Below, one piece after another: positions 39,041-49,554 of a DNA stretch of 64,000 nucleotides. The notes below the pieces were generated by a model, which saw only the letters and a list, made by a program, of their open reading frames with translations, was not told the origin of the DNA and did no database searches. This DNA comes from an uncultured Kineothrix sp. (GTDB lineage Bacteria; Bacillota; Clostridia; Lachnospirales; Lachnospiraceae). Every line of letters starts with the position of its first letter. Position 1 is the stretch's first letter. The stretch lies in the NCBI GenBank assembly GCA_910587275.1, contig CAJUMD010000005.1, forward strand, positions 2,868-66,867. The letters are read 5' to 3'. A program made the position numbers and the translations under genes.

Positions 39041-40516
39041 ATGAGAAAAGGCGGTATTTTATTACCTGTATCGAGCATTCCGTCTAAGTACGGAATCGGT
39101 ACATTCTCAAAACAGGCATATGAATTTGTGGATTTTTTGGAGAAGGCAGGGCAGAAGTACTGGCAGATACTTCCGCTTGGTCCCACCGGATACGGTGATT
39201 CGCCTTACCAGTCTTTTTCCACCTTTGCGGGAAATCCGTATTATATTGATTTGGAGGAGCTGATTGGGAAGGGCTGGCTGACCAGGGAAGAATGTGAAGC
39301 CTGCGATTTCGGTGCGGACAACGGATATGTGGATTATGAGAAAGTGTATCTGTCCCGTTTCAAAGTACTGAAAAAGGCATATGAAAGAAGTAATATCGGC
39401 ACGGACGGGGACTTCTTAAAATTCAGGGAGGAGAACGCGTTTTGGCTGGACGATTACGCCCTGTATATGGCGGTGAAGAATTCCTTTGACAGCGTAAGCT
39501 GGATTGAATGGGATGAGGATATCAGGCTCCGGAAGGAAGGGGCGATGGCGGCTTACAAGGAAAAATATGCCGCGGAAGTGGAATTTTACGGGTTTCAGCA
39601 GTATCTGTTCGCTTCCCAGTGGTTTGCCCTGAAAGCATATGCCAATGAAAAGGGAATCGAGATTATCGGTGACATTCCGATTTACGTGGCTTTTGACAGC
39701 GCGGATACGTGGGCGAACCCGGAACTGTTCCAGTTGGATGAAAACTGTATCCCGGTAGGGGTTGCGGGCTGTCCGCCGGATTCCTTTTCCGCTACCGGAC
39801 AGCTTTGGGGAAATCCGCTGTACCGCTGGGAATACCATAAGGAAACGGGCTATGAGTGGTGGATGAGACGGATTGCTTACTGCTATAAGCTGTATGATGT
39901 GGTACGGATTGATCATTTTCGGGGATTTGACGAATACTATTTCATTCCTTACGGGGATACTACGGCAGAATTCGGACATTGGGAAAAAGGCCCCGGGTAT
40001 GACATTTTTAAGGTGATGAAGGAAAAACTCGGTAAGAAGGCGGTCATTGCGGAAGATTTGGGCTTTTTAACGCCCAGCGTGTTAAAGCTGGTAAAGAAAA
40101 CGGGTTATCCGGGCATGAAAATCCTCCAGTTTGCATTTGATTCCAGGGAGGAGAGCGATTACCTTCCCCATAATTACACCTGTAATTCCGTGGTATATAC
40201 GGGAACCCATGACAATGACACAACCATGGGGTGGTTTGATGCGCTGAACCGGAAGGATAAGTCCTTTGCAAAGCGTTACCTGAACATAACATCCAGAAAG
40301 GATGTCCATTGGGAGTTTATAAGGGCGGCGCTTGCCAGCGTATCGGATACGGCGATTATCCCGATGCAGGATTATCTTGGTTTGGGAGCGGAGGCACGGA
40401 TTAATATCCCCTCCACGCTGGGAAATAACTGGAAATGGCGTATGCTGGACGGGCAGTTGACGGATGAACTGGCAGAAAAAATCCGTACCATGACAAAACT
40501 TTACGGACGAGGATAG
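39041..40516 (+). CDS. malQ: 4-alpha-glucanotransferase (amylomaltase, GH77)
   Basis: WQILPL, DSPY, GQLWGNP, RIDHFRG, AEDLG, THDNDT. Confidence 0.95.
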   Translation: MRKGGILLPVSSIPSKYGIGTFSKQAYEFVDFLEKAGQKYWQILPLGPTGYGDSPYQSFSTFAGNPYYIDLEELIGKGWLTREECEACDFGADNGYVDYEKVYLSRFKVLKKAYERSNIGTDGDFLKFREENAFWLDDYALYMAVKNSFDSVSWIEWDEDIRLRKEGAMAAYKEKYAAEVEFYGFQQYLFASQWFALKAYANEKGIEIIGDIPIYVAFDSADTWANPELFQLDENCIPVGVAGCPPDSFSATGQLWGNPLYRWEYHKETGYEWWMRRIAYCYKLYDVVRIDHFRGFDEYYFIPYGDTTAEFGHWEKGPGYDIFKVMKEKLGKKAVIAEDLGFLTPSVLKLVKKTGYPGMKILQFAFDSREESDYLPHNYTCNSVVYTGTHDNDTTMGWFDALNRKDKSFAKRYLNITSRKDVHWEFIRAALASVSDTAIIPMQDYLGLGAEARINIPSTLGNNWKWRMLDGQLTDELAEKIRTMTKLYGRG

Positions 40517-40520
40517 TGCC

Positions 40521-41558
40521 ATGCCGGAAATAACGATTAAGGATATCGCAAAGCAGTGCGGGGTCGGGGTCAGCACGGTTTCGCGGGCGATTAACAACCA
40601 CCCGGACATCAATCCGGAGACGAAACAGATGATCATGGAGGTTATCCGTGAAACGGGTTTCGTACCCAATAACAGCGCGCGGAATTTAAAGAGGACGGAT
40701 GCCAGGTGCATCGCCGTGCTCGTAAAGGGTATCGCGAACCCGCTGTTCAGCGATATGATAAAGGTAATAGAAAACGAAACACAGAGGAAGAAGTATTCGC
40801 TGGTGCTCCAGCACGTGGAATATTATGAGGATGAGGTGGACGTGGCGCTGGAACTGGTTAAGGAAAAAAGACTGCGGGGGATTATTTTCCTCGGCGGTTA
40901 TTTCCTTCATTCAGAGGAAAAAATTGCAAACCTGACAGTCCCTTATATTTTCAGCACCATCGGTACATTGGTGCCGGAGAAATTAAACCGGGCAGGTTAT
41001 TCCAGCGTGGCGGTGGATGACCGGAAGGAGAGCTGCGCCATGACTTCTTACCTGATTGGACTGGGGCATAAGGATATTGCCATTATTTCTGCAGAATCGG
41101 AAGTGGACAGTATCGGGCGGCTGCGGCTGGAAGGGTACCGGGACGCTTTTGCGGAGAACGGGCTTCCCTGCAGGGAGGAACTGGTGCGGTGCGTGGAGGA
41201 GGAGATTGACCATTTCTCCATGGAAAATGGCTACCGGACTACGAAAAAGCTGATTGAGTCGGGAGAAAAGTTTACCGCCGTATTCGCTACGGCGGATATC
41301 CTCGCCATAGGCGCCTGCCGTGCTTTGCTGGAGGCGGGACTGCGGATTCCGGAAGATGTATCGGTGGCAGGATTTGACGGGATAGAACTTGGGAAGTATT
41401 ACAATCCTGCCATTACCACTATGAAGCAGCCGGTGGGGGAGATGGCGGAGACGACGGTGCGGTTGTTGTTTGATATTATTGCGGGAAGAAAAGAGTATGA
41501 ACATATTGTGTTTCCGGCGGTGTTGGAAGTGAGAGAGTCCTGTGGGGAGAAGCGTTAG
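40521..41558 (+). CDS. LacI-family transcriptional regulator
   Basis: TIKDIAKQCGVGVSTVSRAIN, IPEDVSVAGFD. Confidence 0.95.
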   Translation: MPEITIKDIAKQCGVGVSTVSRAINNHPDINPETKQMIMEVIRETGFVPNNSARNLKRTDARCIAVLVKGIANPLFSDMIKVIENETQRKKYSLVLQHVEYYEDEVDVALELVKEKRLRGIIFLGGYFLHSEEKIANLTVPYIFSTIGTLVPEKLNRAGYSSVAVDDRKESCAMTSYLIGLGHKDIAIISAESEVDSIGRLRLEGYRDAFAENGLPCREELVRCVEEEIDHFSMENGYRTTKKLIESGEKFTAVFATADILAIGACRALLEAGLRIPEDVSVAGFDGIELGKYYNPAITTMKQPVGEMAETTVRLLFDIIAGRKEYEHIVFPAVLEVRESCGEKR

Positions 41559-41646
41559 CTTATCCCACGGGACTTTTTTATGCACAGCCCCATGCAGAGG
41601 AGGTGTGCCGCCAAAGCGGCGCATGGGGCGCGGTGAGACATGCGGA

Positions 41647-43620
41647 TTATTCGGAAGCGAGCGAGAATTGGTCCACCAGTTCCTTCAGGCAGGCAGCCGC
41701 AGCGGAAAGCTGTTCACTTGCTGCCGCACCTTCCTCGGCGGTGGAACTGTTGCTTTGCACAACGACCGAAATCTGATTGATTCCCTCGGAAACCTGCTCA
41801 ACCGATTCGGACTGCTCATTGGATATGATTGCAATATGGTCAATGGCATCGACCACGGACTGGATGCTGTTTACGACGCCGAGCAGGACGTCTGCCGTAT
41901 TTTGGGCAATTTCGGTACCGGTATGTACTGCCTCCGTAGAATTTGCAATAAGCTCAGAGGTATTTTGGGCGGCCTGTGCGGACTTGCCGGCCAAATTGCG
42001 GACTTCTTCCGCAACAACGGCAAATCCCTTTCCGGCGCTGCCGGCCCTGGCGGCTTCCACTGCTGCATTCAGGGCGAGTATATTTGTCTGGAACGCAATA
42101 TCATCGATGGTCTTAAGAATCTTTTCAATCTCCTCGGAGCTGGTTCGGATTTTTTCCATGGCTCCTACCAGATTCTGCATCTTTTGGTTGCAAAGGAGCA
42201 CTGCTTCGCCGGTCTGATGCGTCTGGCTTCTGACATCCAACGCCCCGCTCGCCGTGTTTTTTACCTCATCGGAAATCAGGCTGACCTGTGCTGCAAGCTG
42301 CTGTACTGCGCTTGCCTGTTCGGTCGTACCCTGACTGAGCGTCTGTGCGCTTGAGGACAGTTGGTTGCTGGCATTTGCCACTTCCTCTGCAGACTGGTTG
42401 ACCTGGCGCATGGCGCCGTTTAATTCAATTCTCATATTGCGCATGGAATGCAGAATATCCTGAAAACTGCCAACATAGACTTCCTCATGTTCCGTATGGA
42501 TATCCAGGTTTTGGTTTGCCATTTCATTGAGCAAATAACTGATGTCGCTGATAACGGTACGCAGACCAACAACCAAAGCCTCGGTTGACCTGACAAGGAC
42601 ACCGGTTTCATCCTTATTGGTAATCTTAGGCATCGGTGTCTCCAAATCGCCCTCCACAAGCAGTTTCATCCGCCTGACACAGGCTTTCATGGGTTTACCG
42701 ATATTGATGGCAAGAACCAGGGCGACGATAACGGAAAGTAATATGGAAACTGCAATCACCGCAATATTGATTACCATGGCATCCCGCGTGGATGCCAGGT
42801 AATTAATCTGCGGTGCGGTTACTGCAATACTCCAGCCGTCCGTATCCGGTACGGGAGCATAGGCCGCAAACATTTTGTTTTCTCCGTCCGTATAGCTTCC
42901 AAATCCGTTTTCCCCCTGCCGCATCCCTGCATGGATGGCAGCCAGTTCCTGCAGCGAGGCATCGCCCTGTGCCTCCGCTTCTATGTTTTGGACCGTGATT
43001 GTATCGAGCGTGATGTCGGCAATTGTGCTGCCGGATTTATTAATCATGTAAGCCCTGCTGTTTTCGCCGATTTGGATGGCGGATACAATATCGTTCAAAA
43101 AGGTTTCACGCGGAACGAAATATACGACGCCGGCAATGGGGCTTTCGGGGTCTCCCCCGGAATACAGGGGCGCTGCCACCATTATGGACAGTTCTCCCGT
43201 GATTTTGCTGACCAACGGCTCCGATACAAAAACATTTCCCTGCATTGCCTGGCGCACATATTCACGGTCCGAGTAATCGTTTCCGTCAAAAATACTGATT
43301 CCGTCCGCGCCGACAATGTTTCCCCTGCGGAAATCATGCATGGAAACACGTTCGTCGATAATTGCCTGTTTTTCCTCTATGGGTACTTCCGGATCAGACA
43401 ACTGCGGAATACACCCGACTTCCATGACGACGTTCTTATATGCCGCCAGTTCCTGCTGTGCCCGTCCTGCCGCCAGGACTGCCGTTTGGCTCATCATTTG
43501 TTCTACGGTGGACATAGTATTGTGGTAGTTTAGCGAGATGCCTAAAGATCCGGATGCGACCAGTCCGATGAGGACAGTCAGGATAAGAGATAAAGTAATT
43601 TTGGTTCGTATGCTTTTCAT
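41647..43620 (-). CDS. Methyl-accepting chemotaxis protein (Cache sensor, HAMP, signalling domain)
   Basis: Two TM helices, [47 protein letters not shown]. Confidence 0.95.
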   Translation of the reverse strand: MKSIRTKITLSLILTVLIGLVASGSLGISLNYHNTMSTVEQMMSQTAVLAAGRAQQELAAYKNVVMEVGCIPQLSDPEVPIEEKQAIIDERVSMHDFRRGNIVGADGISIFDGNDYSDREYVRQAMQGNVFVSEPLVSKITGELSIMVAAPLYSGGDPESPIAGVVYFVPRETFLNDIVSAIQIGENSRAYMINKSGSTIADITLDTITVQNIEAEAQGDASLQELAAIHAGMRQGENGFGSYTDGENKMFAAYAPVPDTDGWSIAVTAPQINYLASTRDAMVINIAVIAVSILLSVIVALVLAINIGKPMKACVRRMKLLVEGDLETPMPKITNKDETGVLVRSTEALVVGLRTVISDISYLLNEMANQNLDIHTEHEEVYVGSFQDILHSMRNMRIELNGAMRQVNQSAEEVANASNQLSSSAQTLSQGTTEQASAVQQLAAQVSLISDEVKNTASGALDVRSQTHQTGEAVLLCNQKMQNLVGAMEKIRTSSEEIEKILKTIDDIAFQTNILALNAAVEAARAGSAGKGFAVVAEEVRNLAGKSAQAAQNTSELIANSTEAVHTGTEIAQNTADVLLGVVNSIQSVVDAIDHIAIISNEQSESVEQVSEGINQISVVVQSNSSTAEEGAAASEQLSAAAACLKELVDQFSLASE

Positions 43621-43715
43621 GTCAATGTACCCCCTGCTCACGTGGTTGGAATATGGAAAATTCCGCTCCTCATATGCAACCGTCCTTATTTTAATATTTT
43701 GACCGTTATATTATG

Positions 43716-43753
43716 TCGTAACTATTATAAAAGTTACGATTCCTGCTTGTCAA
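43716..43753 (-). promoter_or_regulatory. Sigma-A promoter of the MCP gene with a 24-bp palindrome over the -10
   Basis: Minus strand TTGACA (43753-43748)-N18-TATAAT (43729-43724); TCGTAACT-ATTATAAA-AGTTACGA at 43716-43739. Confidence 0.7.
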
Positions 43754-43832
43754 CTACTATCTGCTGTTATTATGCAACCGGGATTTTGCCTTGTTACTGG
43801 TCACGGAGTGAACGGTAACTCCGCCTTCCGCT

Positions 43833-43859
43833 TAATAAAATCACGCTTTTTGCCGATAT
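43833..43859 (+). promoter_or_regulatory. Sigma-28 (SigD/FliA)-type promoter
   Basis: TAAT-N15-GCCGATAT. Confidence 0.65.
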
Positions 43860-43956
43860 AGGATAAAAGGATATGTGTTTCATGGTATATGATATGACAG
43901 CCGGCAAACGGATTTGCCGGCAGGGAAATGTCAGACGGATCAGGGAGGATGAAGGT

Positions 43957-44781
43957 ATGGGTATGAGGATAGGCGGAAGCAGTTCCGGCAGGCAGCTAAT
44001 CAGTGTGAAAGATGCGGACGGGTCGGTGAAGGCGACGATATCGGTTTCCAAACCGGGTATAAAACGCAAGAAGCCCTTGCGGTACAATTTTAAGGAAATT
44101 TCCATGCAGATTATGATGGCGAAAACATCCGGCAATGCCAGAAGCGTGGCGGCGAAGGCGCGCAGGAAGACGGGGATGCTCCAAAGAAAGCGGAAGAACG
44201 AGGATTATGACGAACGGGAGCTGGAACTGGCGATTGCCCATGCGAAGAAGCTGGAGCGGATTGCGAAAAAGCGGATGAAGCATTTGGAAGCGGAGGAAAA
44301 GGCGCAGCAGACCGGCTCCTGTCTTGTGGAAACGGAGGATTATGAAGGGCTTACCGCGCAGGAACAGGGAGAAACGGAAGAAACGGAAGAAGCGCAGCGC
44401 AAGGAACTGGAGCGGCTGATGCGGGAATACCGGGCGATGATGGAAGAAAGCATGGAAGAACTGGGCGAGTCCGTGGAAGAAGCGGGGATGGACGGGCTTA
44501 AGGAGATGGCGGACGAACTGCTTGGAGGGGTGCAGGAGGATATGGACCCTGAAGATTTGGAGCGGCTTAAGAAAAAGCACCGGTCGGAGGAACTGCGGGA
44601 ACTGATGGAAGCGGACATGAAATACTTAAGGGATTTGTTCGGCAAACTGGCGAGGGAGAAACAGGAAAATTCCGGCGGTTCGGGCGGCGTGTCCCTGCAG
44701 CTTGGCGGAACGGAGATGCCGGTACCGGCGCCGGAGGAAGTGGCGGCTCCGGCGGGCGGCAGCGTGGATGTAATGGTGTGA
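43957..44781 (+). CDS. Hypothetical charged coiled-coil protein
   Basis: GGAGG RBS; basic N-half and acidic helical C-half; ends in GGSVDVMV. Confidence 0.75.
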   Translation: MGMRIGGSSSGRQLISVKDADGSVKATISVSKPGIKRKKPLRYNFKEISMQIMMAKTSGNARSVAAKARRKTGMLQRKRKNEDYDERELELAIAHAKKLERIAKKRMKHLEAEEKAQQTGSCLVETEDYEGLTAQEQGETEETEEAQRKELERLMREYRAMMEESMEELGESVEEAGMDGLKEMADELLGGVQEDMDPEDLERLKKKHRSEELRELMEADMKYLRDLFGKLAREKQENSGGSGGVSLQLGGTEMPVPAPEEVAAPAGGSVDVMV

Positions 44782-44802
44782 CCCATGGTATTACAGCGTG
44801 TT

Positions 44803-45300
44803 TTAAAATTCTAATCTGCTTAAGTTGGAATTGTGGTATTCCGGGTCATAGGTCACGTCCTGCCCGAACCATTCCGGCGGCAGGAAGGCGCCGGCGGCAT
44901 GTTCGGTGGGAAACTCCACTTCCGCGATGAGTAAAGGGGCGAAGGGTGCGTCGAATACATCCAGTTCAATGGTAAGCGGCGCATTTTGTTCTTCGGCGGA
45001 AAGACCGGCGTTTTGCGCATAAGAGGGCTGCGTGAGCGGAATGAAGTATCTTTTTTTGGTAATGATGGTACCGTCCGCTTTTTTTCGCAGGTGCTCATAG
45101 GATTCCTTGTTTAAGGGAAGGTTGTATTCTTCCCTTGCGAGGAGTCCTTTTCCTTTGTAAGTGAGGTAATATTCATCGTCCTGCCTGCGGATGCGCACGA
45201 CGGGGTCGGTGTTTAAGTATGCCTGCTCAATCAGGCAGGATTGGTAGGTATCCAGATTTTCGGGCAGTGTTTTTACGGTGAATTTGCGTTCGATTTCCAT
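44803..45300 (-). CDS. CYTH domain protein (triphosphate tunnel metalloenzyme)
   Basis: MEIERKF, EQAYL, RIR, AEVEF, P.WFG.DVT...Y.N; GGAAAGGA RBS. Confidence 0.92.
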   Translation of the reverse strand: MEIERKFTVKTLPENLDTYQSCLIEQAYLNTDPVVRIRRQDDEYYLTYKGKGLLAREEYNLPLNKESYEHLRKKADGTIITKKRYFIPLTQPSYAQNAGLSAEEQNAPLTIELDVFDAPFAPLLIAEVEFPTEHAAGAFLPPEWFGQDVTYDPEYHNSNLSRLEF

Positions 45301-45522
45301 GGCGTAATCCTTTCCTGCTGTATTTTCCCGGTTCGGGTGAAAGATGCGGATGTTCGGCATCCGTATATAAGTGGATTATACATGGTGCGGACGGGAAAGG
45401 CAATGTGTTTCCACGCAAACTTCGCATTGCGTCCTGCCTGATTTTATGCTATACTTGATGCGTTTCAAATGATGGTAAGGAACGGTTTATAAAAATATAC
45501 ATAAACAGGTGAGGTAGGACAT

Positions 45523-47013
45523 ATGGAGGTTTTCTATAACAGTACAAGAAACAGCGGTATCCGGGTGAAGGCTTCGGAGGCAATCTTAAAAGGGCTTTCC
45601 GATGACGGCGGCCTGTTCGTGCCGGAGAGGATTCCGGCATTGGACCGGGAACTTAAGGAACTGGCAGGGATGACTTACCGGGAAGTGGCTTATGAAGTGA
45701 TGAAGCTGTATCTGACCGATTTCACGGAGGAGGAATTAAAAGGCTGCATCGCGCGGGCATATGACGGGAAATTTGATACGGAAGTGATAGCCCCCCTTGT
45801 CAGCGCGGACGGGGCATATTATTTGGAATTGTTTCATGGCGCGACCATCGCGTTTAAGGATATGGCGCTTTCCATCCTGCCCCATCTGATGATTGCGGCG
45901 GCGAAGAAGAACCACGTGGAAAATGAAATCGTTATCCTGACCGCGACTTCCGGGGATACGGGGAAAGCGGCGCTGGCAGGGTTTGCGGGCGTGGAAGGCA
46001 CGAAAATCATTGTATTTTATCCAAAGGACGGCGTCAGCCCCATACAGGAAAAGCAGATGGTGACGCAAAAAGGGGACAATACTTACGTGGTGGGTATCCA
46101 CGGCAATTTTGACGATGCGCAGACAGGCGTAAAAAAAATCTTCGCGGATAAAGAGCTGGCGGGAAGGATGGATGCACAGGGCTTTCAGTTCTCCTCGGCG
46201 AATTCCATTAACATCGGACGGCTTGTGCCGCAGATTGTTTATTATGTGTATGCGTATGCAAGGCTTTTGGCGGAAGGAAAGATGGAGGAAGGCGGCAGGA
46301 TGAACGTGGTGGTGCCTACCGGGAATTTCGGCAATATCCTTGCGGCGTTTTATGCCAAGAACATGGGTCTGCCCATCGGGAAGTTAATCTGTGCCTCCAA
46401 TGAAAACAAAGTGCTGTACGACTTTTTCCGCACGGGTATTTATGATAAGAACAGGGAATTTGTGCTGACCAGTTCCCCTTCCATGGATATCCTGATTTCC
46501 AGCAACCTGGAACGTTTGGTTTACCGGCTTGCGGGGAATGATGCCGGGAAGAATGCGGAGCTCATGAAGGCGTTATCCGGGGACGGAAAATACGTGATAA
46601 CGGAAGAAATGAGGGCAGGTCTTGGCGATTTTTACGGAAATTATGCTTCCGGGGAAGAAACGGCGGAGACGATAAAGGCTCTTTATGAAAAGACCGGTTA
46701 TGTGCTGGATACCCATACCGCAGTGGCATCCTGCGTTTACCGCAAATACGTGGAGGAAACGGGGGATAAAACGCCCGCGGTCATCGCTTCCACGGCAAGT
46801 CCTTTTAAGTTTACCCGCAGCGTCATGAATGCCATTGACGGCAAATACGATAAGATGACCGATTTTGAACTGGTGGACGAATTGTCTTCGCTGGCGAACG
46901 TGAAAGTGCCACGCGCCATCGAGGAAATCCGTACGGCTCCCGTTGTGCATGACCATATATGCGAAAAGGACGGGATGAAGAAAACCGTGGAAGATTTCCT
47001 TGGGCTTGCATAG
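45523..47013 (+). CDS. thrC: Threonine synthase
   Basis: GL..DGGLFVP, LELFHG.T.AFKD, ATSGDTG, ANSINIGRL, VPTGNFGN. Confidence 0.95.
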   Translation: MEVFYNSTRNSGIRVKASEAILKGLSDDGGLFVPERIPALDRELKELAGMTYREVAYEVMKLYLTDFTEEELKGCIARAYDGKFDTEVIAPLVSADGAYYLELFHGATIAFKDMALSILPHLMIAAAKKNHVENEIVILTATSGDTGKAALAGFAGVEGTKIIVFYPKDGVSPIQEKQMVTQKGDNTYVVGIHGNFDDAQTGVKKIFADKELAGRMDAQGFQFSSANSINIGRLVPQIVYYVYAYARLLAEGKMEEGGRMNVVVPTGNFGNILAAFYAKNMGLPIGKLICASNENKVLYDFFRTGIYDKNREFVLTSSPSMDILISSNLERLVYRLAGNDAGKNAELMKALSGDGKYVITEEMRAGLGDFYGNYASGEETAETIKALYEKTGYVLDTHTAVASCVYRKYVEETGDKTPAVIASTASPFKFTRSVMNAIDGKYDKMTDFELVDELSSLANVKVPRAIEEIRTAPVVHDHICEKDGMKKTVEDFLGLA

Positions 47014-47021
47014 GTGGCGCC

Positions 47022-47366
47022 ATGGACAATATGAGTATTTTTGATATCCTGATTACGGCCTGCGGACTGTATTTAGTCTATACGGCGGCGGTGATGAAGA
47101 CGCGGGGGAAGATTGTCAAAGGGGTTCTCGTCAGCAAGGACGTGGATGTGGAACAAATAAAGGATAAGGAAGGATTTATCCGTTATATGTCGGGTAAGGC
47201 GCTTTTGGTTGGCGTACTGGCGGCAGCGGTTGGTATCATCAATTTGGTGAATTCCTATTTGAAAGGACCCGGATGGATTTCCATTGCGGTCATTGCCGGG
47301 TATTTTGTGGTGTTAATGGTGTTTGCGTACAGTTCCGTGAAGGCAAGGAAGACCTATATCGAGTGA
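47022..47366 (+). CDS. Small hypothetical membrane protein (3 TM)
   Basis: AGGTGG RBS and three hydrophobic segments. Confidence 0.75.
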   Translation: MDNMSIFDILITACGLYLVYTAAVMKTRGKIVKGVLVSKDVDVEQIKDKEGFIRYMSGKALLVGVLAAAVGIINLVNSYLKGPGWISIAVIAGYFVVLMVFAYSSVKARKTYIE

Positions 47367-47448
47367 GAGCAGGGCAGTGTTCCGCTCAGATTACGGCGGC
47401 TGCCGGAACGGAAAGCGGCAGAAAAAAGAAAAAAGGAAGTTTGGCACA

Positions 47449-49305
47449 ATGGAAACAATGGAAATCGAAATCATACAGGACAGGCTTAAGGCTCTGCGTA
47501 AGGAAATGGAAACGGAAGGGATGGATTATTATATCATTCCGACTTCGGATTTCCACGGTTCCGAGTACGTGGACGGATATTTTAAGGCAAGGGAATACTT
47601 TTCCGGGTTCACCGGTTCGAGCGGGACTTTGGTAGTGGGAAAGCGCACGGCAGGACTTTGGACCGACGGCAGATATTTCATACAGGCGGAAAAAGAGCTT
47701 AAGGGGACGGGAATTACGCTGTTTAAGATGCAGGAGGAAGGGGTTCCCGATATCCCGGATTTCCTGTACCGGGAAATGGAACCGGGGTGGACGCTTGGCT
47801 TTGACGGCAGGGTCATGGACTGCGGGGAAGGCCGCAGGCTGGAAAAAAAGCTGGCGGAAAAAGCGAAGGAAGCCGGGAACGGAAAGGACATCGCAATCCG
47901 CTATGACTTGGATCTGGCAGGACGGGTTTGGAAAGACCGTCCCACGCTTCCCAGCCATCCGGTATGGCTGCTGCCAAAGGAAATAAGCGGCAAGTCCACG
48001 GCGGAAAAATTAAGGGAAGTACGGGAAACGATGAAGGAAGCGGGGGCGGAATACCTGCTGCTTGCGCGGCTGGACGACCTGATGTGGCTGTTAAACATCC
48101 GCGGCAATGACGTGGCGTGCAATCCGGTTGCGCTTTCTTACGGCTTTGTTACGCCTGAAAAGATGTATTTTTTCGTCCAGCCTTCCGAGGTGACGCCGGA
48201 ATTTTCGGAATATGCCGGACTGAACGGGATTGTGTTAAAAGATTACGGGGAAATTACGGATTTTTTGGAAACCTTTGATTACACATCCTGCGGCGGACCG
48301 GGAAAGGTGCTGTTGGACGAAGAAAACATCAGTTATGCCCTGTATAAGACGCTGGAAGGACGGACGGGGTATGTGCGGGGCAAAAACCCGACGGAACGGT
48401 TAAAGGCAGTGAAAAACGAAACGGAACTGGCGCGGATGGAGGAAGTATACCTGAGGGACAGCGTAGCGCTGGTGAAATTTATTTACTGGCTGAAACACCA
48501 GGTGGGACGGCAGGAGATTACGGAGATTACGGCAGCGGCATACCTGGACGGCCTCCGGCGGGAAATTGACGGTTTCGTGGATCTTTCGTTCCCCACCATC
48601 AGCGCTTATAAAGAAAATGCGGCGATGATGCATTACGAGGCGGAAGAAGGAAGCTGCAAGAGCCTTGCTCCCGAAGGACTGTACCTGGTGGATTCCGGCG
48701 GGCAGTATCTGGGCGGGACCACGGATGTGACAAGGACGGTGGCGTTAGGGGAAACCGACAGTGAGATGAAGAAGCATTTTACCCTGACGGCGGTAGGGAT
48801 GCTGCAGCTTAGCGATGCGAAATTCCTGCAGGGCTGTACCGGAAGAAACCTGGATATTTTGGCGAGACAGCCCCTTTGGAAGGAAGGGATTGATTATAAA
48901 TGCGGTACCGGGCACGGCATCGGTTATATCCTGAACGTGCATGAGGGTCCCCAAAACATCCGCTGGCGGCTTCCTGCCGGCGGCATTGAGCGGAAAGAAG
49001 CGGTATTGGAGCCGGGAATGGTGGTTTCCAACGAGCCTGGGGTCTACCGGGAGGGCAGCCATGGCATCCGCACGGAAAATATTATGGTGGTGGAGAATGC
49101 GGAGAAGAACGGGGACGGACAGTTCCTGCAGTTTAGGACCCTCACGTACGTTCCCATTGACAGGGATGCCATCGATACTGCGTATATGCAGCCCGTGGAC
49201 ATCGAACGGTGGAACCGTTACCATGCGGCGGTGTATGAAAAGACAGCGGGATATTTGACGGAAGACGAGAGACAATGGCTGGCTGGGGCGACGGCGCCGC
49301 TGTAA
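47449..49305 (+). CDS. Xaa-Pro aminopeptidase (aminopeptidase P, M24B)
   Basis: SDFHGSEY, SGFTGS.G, WTDGRY, DSGGQY.GGTTDVTRT, GHG...VHEGP, NEPG. Confidence 0.93.
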   Translation: METMEIEIIQDRLKALRKEMETEGMDYYIIPTSDFHGSEYVDGYFKAREYFSGFTGSSGTLVVGKRTAGLWTDGRYFIQAEKELKGTGITLFKMQEEGVPDIPDFLYREMEPGWTLGFDGRVMDCGEGRRLEKKLAEKAKEAGNGKDIAIRYDLDLAGRVWKDRPTLPSHPVWLLPKEISGKSTAEKLREVRETMKEAGAEYLLLARLDDLMWLLNIRGNDVACNPVALSYGFVTPEKMYFFVQPSEVTPEFSEYAGLNGIVLKDYGEITDFLETFDYTSCGGPGKVLLDEENISYALYKTLEGRTGYVRGKNPTERLKAVKNETELARMEEVYLRDSVALVKFIYWLKHQVGRQEITEITAAAYLDGLRREIDGFVDLSFPTISAYKENAAMMHYEAEEGSCKSLAPEGLYLVDSGGQYLGGTTDVTRTVALGETDSEMKKHFTLTAVGMLQLSDAKFLQGCTGRNLDILARQPLWKEGIDYKCGTGHGIGYILNVHEGPQNIRWRLPAGGIERKEAVLEPGMVVSNEPGVYREGSHGIRTENIMVVENAEKNGDGQFLQFRTLTYVPIDRDAIDTAYMQPVDIERWNRYHAAVYEKTAGYLTEDERQWLAGATAPL

Positions 49306-49323
49306 AGAACGGCGCCGTTTTTT
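49291..49323 (+). terminator. Intrinsic terminator overlapping the stop codon
   Basis: ACGGCGCCG-loop-CGGCGCCGTTTTTT. Confidence 0.7.
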
Positions 49324-49406
49324 AGGAGTCTGAGACTTTGACTTTCAAATGGGTATGGCAGGATAGGCAGATTTAACAAAAAAGTGGAAAAAGTCCGCGC
49401 ATAACC

Positions 49407-49435
49407 TTGACTTTTACGGGTTGTTCTGACATAAT
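49407..49435 (+). promoter_or_regulatory. Sigma-A promoter of pckA
   Basis: TTGACT-N17-CATAAT. Confidence 0.55.
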
Positions 49436-49554
49436 TACATAAGGTGCATGAATGAATGTACATGCTGTATGAAACCGCCTTTTACATAAGTATGGCGTAA
49501 GAAGCTGCCATGGAAAAAGCGCGGTGAAAATAAATAGTATAAGGAGGACATCAC

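Noticed and set aside
41542..42354. 270-aa + strand ORF and other long antisense ORFs (e.g. 62018-63142, 60714-61542)
   Set aside because: They are shadows of well-supported genes on the opposite strand, with no RBS or family motifs.
43621..43715. c-di-GMP riboswitch before the MCP gene
   Set aside because: A weak hairpin exists, but there are no GEMM signature motifs.
45440..45522. T-box before thrC
   Set aside because: Short leader with no AAGGTGGNACC T-box motif or terminator.
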